This document shows positions 18,231 to 25,302 of a stretch of DNA of 64,000 nt, piece after piece. Position numbers and translations under genes: made by a program. This stretch comes from a virus (Duplodnaviria; Heunggongvirae; Uroviricota; Caudoviricetes). Under the pieces are notes generated by a model. That model made no database searches. It was not told where the DNA came from and worked only from the letters and a program-made list of their open reading frames with translations. The number at the start of each line of letters is the position of its first letter. Positions within the stretch are counted from its first letter, which is position 1. Location of the stretch: IMG/VR virus record IMGVR_UViG_3300028577_000006, one strand, 5' to 3'.

Positions 18231-18404
18231 CTACCAGTAGTAGCCGTACCTCTTCTTCAGCAACGGCAGCACGTCGAAGCGGCCGGTGCGGATCATGTGC
18301 TTGCAGCGCGCTCGATGGAGCCGCGCCTTCATGCGACGATACGACGACGGTTCGAGACCGCGCTCCGCGCGCGCTCGGTTGTGGTGATGATGCGTGTGGG
18401 CCAT
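18231..18404 (-). CDS. small basic protein (57 aa), paralog of 17510..17686
   Basis: MAHTHHHHNRA...SYRRM...GYYW; same hairpin-plus-SD leader architecture. Confidence 0.45.
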   Translation of the reverse strand: MAHTHHHHNRARAERGLEPSSYRRMKARLHRARCKHMIRTGRFDVLPLLKKRYGYYW

Positions 18405-18495
18405 GGCTTTCTCCGGCCCGGAGGAGATCTCCGGGTCATAAGCGCATGACGCTGCTCTTCTTCTCCATGACGACCTCTCAGTGCTAGCATCGGAC

Positions 18496-18759
18496 ATGGC
18501 CGACGAAGATCTCTACGTGGACGAGACGCCGACCCGAGAAACGCATGCTTGCGCGTTCTGCGAGCAGCACATCGACGGCGATGAAGTGGTGCGACGGCAC
18601 GCGCGTCGCGGCTGGCTGCCGTACCATCCGGCCTGCGCGCCCGATGTCGAGGAAGGCTTCCAGTTCGGCTTCCGCATTCGCTGTGGCACGTTCTCCTACG
18701 ACAGTGGCAGCCGGAACCAGTTCCACCCGATGCGGTGGCGTCCGCCGAAGATCCTCTGA
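18496..18759 (+). CDS. small Cys/His-rich protein
   Basis: ATG at 18496 inside ORF 18481..18759; preceded by GTGCTAGCAT motif. Confidence 0.4.
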   Translation: MADEDLYVDETPTRETHACAFCEQHIDGDEVVRRHARRGWLPYHPACAPDVEEGFQFGFRIRCGTFSYDSGSRNQFHPMRWRPPKIL

Positions 18760-18760
18760 G

Positions 18761-18985
18761 TCACGTCGGCGGCACCGGCTTCCGCCGTGTCCGACCCATG
18801 CCGAAGTAGCCGCCGAACGACTCGCCGTCCGTACGACGCTCCGCGCGAGCGCCGATGCGCTTCCACTTCGAGCGCGAGCGCGCGATGTGCGGCGCGTCGT
18901 TGTCGCGACCGGGCATCCGCTTCCACTTGGGACCGTGTTCAGTCCGCTTCTCTTCGTCGCGCCGGTAGTTGTCGTGGTTGCTCAT
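18761..18985 (-). CDS. small basic protein
   Basis: SD GGAGAG 6 nt upstream of ATG. Confidence 0.35.
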   Translation of the reverse strand: MSNHDNYRRDEEKRTEHGPKWKRMPGRDNDAPHIARSRSKWKRIGARAERRTDGESFGGYFGMGRTRRKPVPPT

Positions 18986-19000
18986 GCTGCTCTCCGTAGT

Positions 19001-19516
19001 TCACGCCGCCGCCGCAAGATACGGACGCCACGTCTCGGGCACCGTGTTCAGGTCGAACTTCTTGCTGACGATCGGAAGCCAGTCGGGCTTCCTCGGAACA
19101 CGGAGAAGCGTCATGCCAGCTTCGGCCGGCGTGCGGTTCGCCTTCTTCGCGTTGCACACGTAGCAGGCCATCACGATGTTCTCCCACTCGGTCTTGCCAC
19201 CACGCGAACGCGGAAGCACGTGGTCGTAGTTCAGGCCGCGCGGCTCGAACGAGACGCGACAGTACTGGCACGTGTGACCGTCACGCAGCAGGACGTTCTG
19301 CCGCGAGAACTTGATCGAGACCTTGCGGACCCGACCCTTGCGCAGCTTCCGGATCACCGACGGCATCTGCATGATGACGCTCGGCGAGCGAAGCACTTCC
19401 GCAAGCTCCTCGACGACCTCGGCCTTGCTGTCGTAGAGCATGCACACGGCACGCTCCCAGCTGATGATCCGCTCCGGTCTGTAGAACATGTCCAGCACCA
19501 GTACTCTGTTTTCCAT
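19001..19516 (-). CDS. HNH endonuclease (McrA-like)
   Basis: CQYC ... NYDHVLPRSRGG ... WENIVMACYVCNAKK. Confidence 0.75.
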   Translation of the reverse strand: MENRVLVLDMFYRPERIISWERAVCMLYDSKAEVVEELAEVLRSPSVIMQMPSVIRKLRKGRVRKVSIKFSRQNVLLRDGHTCQYCRVSFEPRGLNYDHVLPRSRGGKTEWENIVMACYVCNAKKANRTPAEAGMTLLRVPRKPDWLPIVSKKFDLNTVPETWRPYLAAAA

Positions 19517-19533
19517 TGGACCCTGGCCTGTCT

Positions 19534-19616
19534 TGCGCGCAGCAGGAGTCGAACCTGCAAGTGCCGAAGCACGGCGGTGTTTGAAGCCGCTACGTTAGCC
19601 GTTCCGTCATGCGCGC
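19534..19616 (-). tRNA. tRNA-Leu (anticodon CAA), class II
   Basis: acceptor GCGCGCA/TGCGCGC, anticodon loop TTCAAAC, extra arm GTGC-TTCG-GCAC, T GCAGG-TTCGACT-CCTGC. Confidence 0.8.
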
Positions 19617-19699
19617 ATGTTGGTGTTTCGGTTCGAAGAGTATGTCGTAAGCGTCTGGGATGCAAGCCTTTCTGACCTCGTGCTAGCATCACGAGCATC

Positions 19700-20662
19700 A
19701 TGCCGATTCTCTACGCCACCGACCCTCGTCGCCTCGGCTACGTGTGCGACGACTACGACATGCCAGTCCGCGATCTGCTCACGGACAAGTGCTACCCGAA
19801 CTACTGCGTGGCCGAAGCGGCCGGCGTGAAGAACTGGGACTACGAATGCAACATCGACATTCGTTTCCCGGCCCCGATCGACGAAGCGCAGGCGGCCCCT
19901 GCGGGCACGTTCGTCTACGGCGGCGGCGATGATGGCAGTGGATGGGATGGCGGCAGCAGCTGGATCGGCGGTTCTCCGTGGCGCCGCCGTCGACCGGGCG
20001 CGCCGCCAAGCGGCGGGGGCCGCAGCGGTGGCGGCGGACCGGGCGGCACTGACCCGTCAGCATCCCCACCCAGCACGCCGCCTGGGCGCTCTGTCGACTG
20101 GAGACCCAGTCCCGGTCGCACGATCTTCCGGGGCGCCAGCACGCCAAGCAGTGGCAGCGGGATCCACACGAACCCCGCCGGCACCACCGGCGGCGGAGTC
20201 ACGCTGGTCGGGGACGGAACACAGAGCACCAACTCCACGCTCGCAACGACACCGGGCCGTGGCGGAGCAACGCTCATCGGCGACGGGACCCAGGCCGGCG
20301 GCAGCACGCTCGCGCGCGCGATGCAGCAGATGCAGCTCGTACCGCAGCTCCAGCGTGCGGCACCCATGCGGGAGACCACGCAGTACCAGGCCGCGCCTCA
20401 GCACTCCACCGCCGTCACCACGCGGCGCGACGACCGGCAATACCAGGCAAGCTCGCGCCCGTCGCAGACCGCGCTCACGACCTCGTCGGGCAAGGCCACC
20501 CTCACGACCGCACAACGCAGCGGGCTGACCAGCCGTGGAGGCGGAGGGCGAGTCTCGCGAGCAATGCACGGCCTCGGCGACTTCACGACGCAGACGCTTC
20601 CGGGCGCCGTGTTGCTGTTCGGCGGAGCGCTGATCGTCGGCAGCTACCTCGCGACGCGCTGA
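19700..20662 (+). CDS. low-complexity Gly/Ser/Thr/Pro-rich protein with C-terminal TM anchor
   Basis: preceded by GTGCTAGCAT motif and a 6-bp hairpin; several alternative-frame ORFs overlap (GC-rich low complexity), so moderate confidence. Confidence 0.4.
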   Translation: MPILYATDPRRLGYVCDDYDMPVRDLLTDKCYPNYCVAEAAGVKNWDYECNIDIRFPAPIDEAQAAPAGTFVYGGGDDGSGWDGGSSWIGGSPWRRRRPGAPPSGGGRSGGGGPGGTDPSASPPSTPPGRSVDWRPSPGRTIFRGASTPSSGSGIHTNPAGTTGGGVTLVGDGTQSTNSTLATTPGRGGATLIGDGTQAGGSTLARAMQQMQLVPQLQRAAPMRETTQYQAAPQHSTAVTTRRDDRQYQASSRPSQTALTTSSGKATLTTAQRSGLTSRGGGGRVSRAMHGLGDFTTQTLPGAVLLFGGALIVGSYLATR

Positions 20663-21189
20663 GCTTGGCTTCGCAGCGCGGCGTTCATCTGCGCGTGAGC
20701 AGCCGTACACTCGGCGCACCGACAGCCGCACGTGTACTTCGAATGCGTACCACACTTGGCTCGTCGATCGGGACTCGCTGCCCAGGCCTTTTTTGCTGAC
20801 GATGCTCCAGCGCACCGTTTTCCGCAGAACGCATCGGCAGTGGCGCCTCGCTTCTTGGCGGCAGCGCGTGCAGCGCGCCGTTCGCGCAGGAACACCACAC
20901 CACACTCTGCGCACGTAGTGGCGCAATACTTGTCCTCTTCCGGAAGACGTTTGTGATCTGCTGTGTGCTGAGCGGTAGACTTTATTTCCAGGTTGTCCGG
21001 CCTGTTATCACCTTTGTTCTCGTTTTGATGGTGCACTTCCTCGTCGCGGCGCAGCGCTCGGCCTAAGTGCGCTTCCATGACGAGACGATGTACGTACAGG
21101 GTGGCGCGCGATCCGTCCGACCTTTTCACCGAAAAGTATCGGTAACCGTTTGGCATGGTGTACGGTCCGTAACGCTTTTCTTCCGTCAT
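20644..21189 (-). CDS. HNH homing endonuclease
   Basis: YVHRLVMEAHLG ... EVHHQNENKGDNRPDNLE HNH_3 motif; annotated ORF start (21252) would overlap tRNA-Leu, so internal ATG 21189 used. Confidence 0.7.
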   Translation of the reverse strand: MTEEKRYGPYTMPNGYRYFSVKRSDGSRATLYVHRLVMEAHLGRALRRDEEVHHQNENKGDNRPDNLEIKSTAQHTADHKRLPEEDKYCATTCAECGVVFLRERRAARAAAKKRGATADAFCGKRCAGASSAKKAWAASPDRRAKCGTHSKYTCGCRCAECTAAHAQMNAALRSQAQRVAR

Positions 21190-21224
21190 TTTGCGCGTAT
21201 ACCATGTCACCACGTTTCTGTAAA

Positions 21225-21308
21225 CTGGGATCGACAGGAGTTGCACCTGCACGGGCTTTCGCCCACACGGCCCTCAACCGTGCGTGTCTGCTAGTTCCAC
21301 CACGATCC
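21225..21308 (-). tRNA. tRNA-Leu (anticodon GAG), class II; T-loop TGCAACT
   Basis: D region GTGGTGGAACTAGCAGACACG resembles bacterial tRNA-Leu; anticodon stem CACGG/CCGTG loop TTGAGGG; G at position 55. Confidence 0.65.
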
Positions 21309-21314
21309 CGCGAA

Positions 21315-21398
21315 CTGCCGAGAGGGGGAATCGAACCCCCACGGGATTTCTCCCACACGATTCTGAATCGTGCGCGTCTACCAGATCCGCCACCTCGG
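21315..21398 (-). tRNA. tRNA-Leu (anticodon CAG), class II
   Basis: acceptor GCCGAGG, anticodon stem CACGA/TCGTG loop TTCAGAA, T GGGGG-TTCGATT-CCCCC. Confidence 0.8.
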
Positions 21399-21408
21399 CC
21401 AAGGCACC

Positions 21409-21481
21409 ATGCACGACCAGAGGATCGAACTCTGCAAGGGCGGTATGTGACACCGCTGCCGTCTCCAGCTGGCTCGTCGTG
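21409..21481 (-). tRNA. tRNA-Val (anticodon CAC)
   Basis: acceptor GCACGAC/GTCGTGC, anticodon stem GCGGT/ACCGC loop GTCACAT. Confidence 0.75.
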
Positions 21482-21576
21482 CAGACAAAACGATCGTCAG
21501 CGACACGCTGAAGCAAACGAACGGCAGGCTCACAGCGCTCCGGCGTCCTCTCCACTGTCCTCATGCTGACGATCTA

Positions 21577-21648
21577 GTCGGGGTGGGGTGAATCGAACAC
21601 CCGGTTTCCTGTACCCGAAACAGGCGGAATACCACTTTCCTACACCCC
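21577..21648 (-). tRNA. tRNA-Pro (anticodon CGG)
   Basis: acceptor CGGGGTG/CACCCCG, anticodon stem CCTGT/ACAGG loop TTCGGGT. Confidence 0.85.
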
Positions 21649-21715
21649 GAAGAACACTGCGGTTCTGATCTCTCCTGAACGGATGCCTGAGCACGTAGCC
21701 TTCCAGGTCAGAACC

Positions 21716-21787
21716 ATCGCTACGGACGGAGTCGAACCGCCTTCTGCCACCCGTATGAGAGGTGTGCCTGACCGTCAGGTACGTAGC
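21716..21787 (-). tRNA. tRNA-Met or Ile2 (anticodon CAU), elongator type, short D-loop
   Basis: acceptor CGCTACG/CGTAGCG (C1-G72 paired), anticodon loop CTCATAC, T GGCGG-TTCGACT-CCGTC. Confidence 0.55.
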
Positions 21788-21826
21788 GTCATTGCGGCCC
21801 CGAGAGTCGCACTCGGTTGTCCTGGG

Positions 21827-22282
21827 TTATGAGCCCTGGCTGGCATCTCCACCTGCACCGCACAAGCTCTGCTCTTCAGACACGAAGATCGGTCCGTGAT
21901 GGCCTAGCCTCGCGCCACACGACCTTGAACACGCCACTGTCATCGTCTTGTTTCTACCGGCCCTAAGACGCAGTACGTACTCCTTTATTTCGAAGGGCTT
22001 CTTGCACCAGGCACAAAACCTGGTCACGGAAGGCTGTTCCTGGTGATGGCGCGAATGCTCGCCACGCATGACGACTTCCAGATTGCTTTCGTCGTTGTTC
22101 GTCTTGTCGTGATCAGCGTGGTGCACCACTTCACCCGGAAGCAGGAGCCGGCCAAGGCAGTTCTCGGCGATGACGCGGTGCAGCGGGTACAACCCCTTCG
22201 CGTTGCGTTTTGGATGCGGCGGATCGGTCCGCGCATACTTGTACCCGCCACCCTTGCACGTCGATGTGATCTCGAAGAGCAT
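21827..22282 (-). CDS. HNH endonuclease
   Basis: HHADHDKTNNDESNLEVVMRGEHSRHH HNH motif; C-terminal Cys pairs; embedded in tRNA array. Confidence 0.7.
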   Translation of the reverse strand: MLFEITSTCKGGGYKYARTDPPHPKRNAKGLYPLHRVIAENCLGRLLLPGEVVHHADHDKTNNDESNLEVVMRGEHSRHHQEQPSVTRFCAWCKKPFEIKEYVLRLRAGRNKTMTVACSRSCGARLGHHGPIFVSEEQSLCGAGGDASQGS

Positions 22283-22292
22283 TTTGCCACCA

Positions 22293-22364
22293 CGCTCTCG
22301 GAAGGAATCGAACCTTCGTTCCTGGCTTCGGAAACCAGTGCCCTATCCGCTGGACGACGAGAGC
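22293..22364 (-). tRNA. tRNA-Arg (anticodon CCG)
   Basis: acceptor GCTCTCG/CGAGAGC, anticodon stem CTGGT/GCCAG loop TTCCGAA. Confidence 0.85.
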
Positions 22365-22371
22365 AAGACAG

Positions 22372-22443
22372 CGTCCTCACAAGGATTCGAACCTTGAATG
22401 CAGCGTCCGTAGCGCTGAGTGATATCCGTTTCACCATGAGGAC
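22372..22443 (-). tRNA. tRNA-Arg (anticodon ACG)
   Basis: acceptor GTCCTCA/TGAGGAC, anticodon stem CAGCG/CGCTG loop CTACGGA. Confidence 0.85.
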
Positions 22444-22452
22444 AAAGGCACA

Positions 22453-22526
22453 CGCTCCGGGCGGGACTCGAACCCGCGACCAGCCGCTTAGAAGGCGGCT
22501 GCTCTGATCCACTGAGCTACCGGAAC
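22453..22526 (-). tRNA. tRNA-Arg (anticodon UCU)
   Basis: D GCTC-AGTGGATCA-GAGC, anticodon stem GCCGC/GCGGC loop CTTCTAA. Confidence 0.85.
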
Positions 22527-22653
22527 AAGGTTTCTAGCAAGGTTCGTAAGATGGCATGATGACGGCTGCTCTGCCACCTGAGCTACATCCGCACGGGCGG
22601 AAGGTTGGACTCGAACCAACGACATGCTGTTTGGGTAACCATCTGACTTCGGC
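22527..22653 (-). pseudogene. degenerate tRNA-like pair: 58-nt acceptor+T-arm element (22596..22653) and tRNA 5'-half-like segment (22527..22595)
   Basis: 22596..22653 has T-arm GTTGG-TTCGAGT-CCAAC and acceptor-like ends but no D/anticodon arms; 22527..22595 begins GCGGATGTAGCTCAGGTGGCAGAGC (canonical acceptor-5' + D-arm) then loses tRNA structure. Confidence 0.35.
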
Positions 22654-22659
22654 TAGAAG

Positions 22660-22728
22660 AGGGGCGACACAGAGTTGCACTGTGCTTCATCGGGTTGCAG
22701 CCGATGTCCTTCGCTGGAAGCTCGCCCC
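22660..22728 (-). tRNA. tRNA-Cys (anticodon GCA); T-loop TGCAACT
   Basis: acceptor GGGGCGA/TCGCCCC, anticodon stem ATCGG/CCGAT loop CTGCAAC. Confidence 0.7.
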
Positions 22729-22866
22729 AAGTTCTCTGGCAAGGGTCGTCGTTGGATATTACGGCGTTCTACTCTTGAACTACGCCCTCCATAGAAAGGG
22801 AAGGCGGCTGGAGTCGCACCAGCGTTACCGGCTCCATATGCGGTAACCAACAACATCGGCCAGAGA
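22729..22866 (-). other. structured 138-nt spacer with T-arm-like hairpin (GCTGG-TGCGACT-CCAGC) and 7-bp hairpin GTTACCG/CGGTAAC; no tRNA fold found
   Basis: hairpins seen in sequence; acceptor pairing absent. Confidence 0.3.
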
Positions 22867-22937
22867 AGCGATCGGCGAGAATCGAACTCGCGTCTCCTGG
22901 GTGGAAGCCAGGGGCCAAGCCACTTGACCACAATCGC
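22867..22937 (-). tRNA. tRNA-Gly (anticodon UCC)
   Basis: anticodon stem CCTGG/CCAGG loop CTTCCAC, T GCGAG-TTCGATT-CTCGC. Confidence 0.8.
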
Positions 22938-22948
22938 ATTGGAACCAG

Positions 22949-23022
22949 AGCCGACGATAGGACTTGCACCTACACCCTCCTCCTTACCAAGGAGGCGCAC
23001 CAGCTACTTGTGCTACGTCGGC
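22949..23022 (-). tRNA. tRNA-Thr (anticodon GGU); T-loop TGCAAGT
   Basis: acceptor GCCGACG/CGTCGGC, anticodon stem CCTCC/GGAGG loop TTGGTAA. Confidence 0.75.
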
Positions 23023-23027
23023 GAAAG

Positions 23028-23098
23028 AGCCGGCCACCAGAATCGAACTGGCCTCTAACGGCGTACAAAGCCGCTGCATCCCTTGATGCTAAACCGGC
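23028..23098 (-). tRNA. tRNA-Thr (anticodon UGU)
   Basis: anticodon loop TTTGTAC, T GCCAG-TTCGATT-CTGGT. Confidence 0.75.
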
Positions 23099-23102
23099 AC
23101 CA

Positions 23103-23173
23103 AGCCACCAGCGGGAGTCGAACCCGCACCTTCGGTTTACGAAACCGGTGCTCTGCCTCTGAGCTATGGTGGC
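23103..23173 (-). tRNA. tRNA-Thr (anticodon CGU)
   Basis: acceptor GCCACCA/TGGTGGC, D GCTC-AGAGGCA-GAGC, anticodon loop TTCGTAA. Confidence 0.75.
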
Positions 23174-23177
23174 GACA

Positions 23178-23248
23178 TGGACCTCCCGGGAATCGAACCC
23201 GGATCAGCAGCTTGCAAAGCTACTAGTCTCCCATTGACGTAGAGGCCC
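23178..23248 (-). tRNA. tRNA-Ala (anticodon UGC)
   Basis: G3:U70 pair, anticodon stem GTAGC/GCTGC loop TTTGCAA. Confidence 0.8.
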
Positions 23249-23253
23249 ATCAA

Positions 23254-23324
23254 AGCGGCTCGGGGGAATCGAACCCCAGTGGTCAGTGTGGCACACTGAC
23301 TGCGGACCACCCGCTACGAGCCGC
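23254..23324 (-). tRNA. tRNA-Gly (anticodon GCC)
   Basis: acceptor GCGGCTC/GAGCCGC, anticodon stem TCAGT/ACTGA loop GTGCCAC. Confidence 0.75.
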
Positions 23325-23475
23325 AAACAAAACTTGGGTGGATAGACCGGATTTTCACCGGCGCGCGCCGAGCTTACTGACTCGCCGCTCTGAACTGGGT
23401 CTCGTTTCCGGGCCGTTCCTCTCCCGTACTCCTCGTCCCAGCCGGATGCTGAACATCGCCTGAGCTACTATCCAC
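23325..23475 (-). ncRNA. ~151-nt tRNA-like structured RNA (8-bp acceptor-like stem GTGGATAG/CTATCCAC, D-arm-like TAGCTCAGG, T-arm-like CCGG-TGAAAAT-CCGG)
   Basis: occupies the slot between tRNA-Gly and tRNA-Ala; internal hairpins GGATG-TTCAG-CATCC etc.; no canonical anticodon arm. Confidence 0.35.
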
Positions 23476-23548
<73 letters not shown>

Positions 23549-23585
23549 GTTGCACTTCTGTCCGACACTCGCTACGCTCGCCGGC

Positions 23586-23987
23586 ATGGAACTTCCCGAC
23601 AAGATGCAGAAGGAACTCGCTGACGGCCTCCTGATCGCGTATCGCGTGAAGGAAAGCAAGCTCGACTACTCGCTGATGAACCGGCCCGAGCCGAACCTGA
23701 CCAGTCTCGACGACCACGCTCTGGCCACCGCCATCGTCCTCGCCGGGCGCGAGTTCAAGATCGTGGTCGACGACACCATCATGAAGAGCGAGCGGATCGC
23801 CCGAGACGACGGTCGGACCGTGACGTACAACGAGGCGATCGACATCAACTGGGAAGACCGCATCATCCGATCCACCCGTCGCAAGGACATGACGCTCGAC
23901 GTTCTCGCCGGCATCGTGACCCAGCTGGTGCGCGATGCCGCCGCGCCCACCGGCAGCCCCAGGCCGAGCCCGGGCAAAGCGAACTAG
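23586..23987 (+). CDS. hypothetical protein inside tRNA array
   Basis: ORF 23550..23987; internal ATG 23586; protein-like composition. Confidence 0.45.
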   Translation: MELPDKMQKELADGLLIAYRVKESKLDYSLMNRPEPNLTSLDDHALATAIVLAGREFKIVVDDTIMKSERIARDDGRTVTYNEAIDINWEDRIIRSTRRKDMTLDVLAGIVTQLVRDAAAPTGSPRPSPGKAN

Positions 23988-23988
23988 A

Positions 23989-24059
23989 TCGTCGAGCGGA
24001 GAATCGAACTCCGGTACGTCACGAGTCGGGTGACTGCCTTACCACTGGGCTACTCGACG
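23989..24059 (-). tRNA. tRNA-Val (anticodon GAC), C33 in anticodon loop
   Basis: acceptor CGTCGAG/CTCGACG, anticodon stem GTCAC/GTGAC loop CCGACTC. Confidence 0.6.
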
Positions 24060-24122
24060 TTGGTTCCGCTGGTTGAATGGCCATCCCGCGTCGGCCCATG
24101 GAACCAACGCGCGCGCAGCGGA

Positions 24123-24195
24123 TGGGCACGGTGAGACTCGAACTCACAGTCGCTCCCGTATCAGGGGAGTGCACTAACCATTGTGCTACGTGCCC
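24123..24195 (-). tRNA. tRNA-Ile (anticodon GAU)
   Basis: acceptor GGGCACG/CGTGCCC, anticodon stem CTCCC/GGGAG loop CTGATAC. Confidence 0.85.
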
Positions 24196-24198
24196 GAA

Positions 24199-24274
24199 GC
24201 GTCCTTGGCAAGAGTCGAACTTGCGACCGACCACTTAGGAAGTGGTTGCTCTGTCCAGCTGAGCTACAAGGACG
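24199..24274 (-). tRNA. tRNA-Arg (anticodon CCU)
   Basis: acceptor CGTCCTT/AAGGACG, anticodon stem ACCAC/GTGGT loop TTCCTAA. Confidence 0.8.
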
Positions 24275-24277
24275 TAG

Positions 24278-24350
24278 GGCGAGTGACGGGAATCGAACCC
24301 GCTAATAGTAGGACCACAACCTACCGCCTATCCATTTGGCTTCACCCGCC
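24278..24350 (-). tRNA. tRNA-His (anticodon GUG) with encoded G-1
   Basis: extra 5' G pairing with discriminator C73 (bacterial His identity), anticodon stem GTAGG/CCTAC loop TTGTGGT. Confidence 0.85.
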
Positions 24351-24367
24351 ATAAAAACCAAGACACT

Positions 24368-24440
24368 TGGAGCTAGCCGGAATCGAACCGGCGGCCTTCT
24401 GGCTGCGAGTCAGACGCTCTCCCAACTGAGCTATAGCCCC
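24368..24440 (-). tRNA. tRNA-Ala (anticodon CGC)
   Basis: G3:U70, D GCTC-AGTTGGGA-GAGC, anticodon loop CTCGCAG. Confidence 0.75.
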
Positions 24441-24447
24441 AGACACA

Positions 24448-24519
24448 TCGGGGTGACAGGACTCGAACCTGCGTTGACGTGCACCCAAAGCACGTGCCCG
24501 ACCACTGGGCGACACCCCG
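24448..24519 (-). tRNA. tRNA-Pro (anticodon UGG)
   Basis: acceptor CGGGGTG/CACCCCG, anticodon stem CGTGC/GCACG loop TTTGGGT. Confidence 0.85.
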
Positions 24520-24611
24520 TTACAAGTAGGCAAGGGTTGAAGGTCGGAAATGGGCCTTTCGGCCCAGTCTTTGGTATTGGTAAAGAGATAACCAACCTTC
24601 TTCGGCCTACA

Positions 24612-24685
24612 CGCCTCTGGCGGGAGTTGAACCCGCCTCGACCCTGCTTGACAAGCAGGCGTCCACGCCGGTGGACTTCAGAGGC
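24612..24685 (-). tRNA. tRNA-Asp (anticodon GUC); T-loop TTCAACT
   Basis: acceptor GCCTCTG/CAGAGGC, D GTCC/GGAC, anticodon stem CCTGC/GCAGG loop TTGTCAA. Confidence 0.8.
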
Positions 24686-24890
24686 AAAGACACATGCCCT
24701 TCCCTGGTATCGCTCCAGGCCCTTCTCCTTTTCAGAGAGACGCTTCCACTTGGTTAGCTTGAAGGGCGAATCACGGTACCGGTTGCCGACGCACGCGTGC
24801 TTAGTGCGTTTTCCGCGTCAGCCGCAAGCTTGATCACTGCCTGCCGCACCGACGTAGCGCGCCACCAACAACTTGGCCTGGTACCGTGAA

Positions 24891-24961
24891 CAGGTCGTGC
24901 AGGAGTCGAACCTGCTCGACACGAGATTTGGAATCTCGCCGGCTGCCTCAGCCTACGACCT
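24891..24961 (-). tRNA. tRNA-Trp (anticodon CCA), atypical D-arm
   Basis: acceptor AGGTCGT/ACGACCT, anticodon stem CGAGA/TCTCG loop TTCCAAA, T GCAGG-TTCGACT-CCTGC. Confidence 0.65.
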
Positions 24962-24964
24962 ATA

Positions 24965-25052
24965 CTGACCCTGAAGGAATCGAACCTCCGCATGCCTTAT
25001 GAGGGCCTCTCGGTTAACAGCCGAGCGCTCTGGCCAACTGAGCTAAGGGTCA
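24965..25052 (-). tRNA. atypical 88-nt tRNA with anticodon GUU (Asn) and a 19-nt extra arm
   Basis: acceptor TGACCCT/AGGGTCA, canonical D GCTC-AGTTGGCCA-GAGC, anticodon stem CTCGG/CCGAG loop CTGTTAA (U33, A37), then AGGCCCTCATAAGGCATGC inserted before T-arm GGAGG-TTCGATT-CCTTC. Confidence 0.55.
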
Positions 25053-25058
25053 ATACGT

Positions 25059-25110
25059 GGCTGGCGCCAAGATCGGCGCCAGCCTTCTTCTTCGGTTCTT
25101 ATTCAGTTTT
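25059..25110 (+). terminator. intrinsic-terminator-like hairpin (10-bp stem GGCTGGCGCC/GGCGCCAGCC) followed by T-rich tract, + strand orientation
   Basis: perfect 10-bp GC stem, 6-nt loop, then TTCTTCTTCGGTTCTTATTCAGTTTTC. Confidence 0.45.
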
Positions 25111-25137
25111 CAAGGCTGCACTAAGCAGCACGAACCA

Positions 25138-25208
25138 TTCCGGGGCGAGGAATCGAACCTCGATTAGCAGAGCCAGAACCTGCCGTCCTGCCATTAGACG
25201 AACCCGGA
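25138..25208 (-). tRNA. tRNA-Gln (anticodon CUG)
   Basis: U1:A72, D-arm TCGTCTAATGGCAGGAC identical to tRNA-Gln(UUG) at 11241, anticodon loop TTCTGGC, T CGAGG-TTCGATT-CCTCG. Confidence 0.75.
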
Positions 25209-25279
25209 TGGGTTGTGGGGGAATCGAACCCCCGTCGGCCGGGTAAGAACCGGCTGCTCGACCACTGAGCTAACAACCC
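25209..25279 (-). tRNA. tRNA-Lys (anticodon CUU)
   Basis: acceptor GGGTTGT/ACAACCC, D GCTC-AGTGGTC-GAGC, anticodon stem GCCGG/CCGGC loop TTCTTAC. Confidence 0.85.
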
Positions 25280-25302
25280 GCTTCACATCAACACGCTGCC
25301 AC

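Noticed and set aside
21795-21870. T-loop-like GAGTCGCACTC segment suggesting another tRNA
   Set aside because: No acceptor or anticodon stem pairing could be built; it lies inside the HNH gene 3' end.
24061-24122. Spacer with inverted repeat TGGTTCC...GGAACCA between tRNA-Val and tRNA-Ile
   Set aside because: No T-loop or acceptor pairing; likely just a processing spacer hairpin.
24686-24890. 205-nt gap in the tRNA array (hairpin CCTGG-TATCGCT-CCAGG and others), considered as tRNA-Sec or another ncRNA
   Set aside because: No cloverleaf or 8-bp acceptor found; left unassigned, possibly an internal promoter or processing region.
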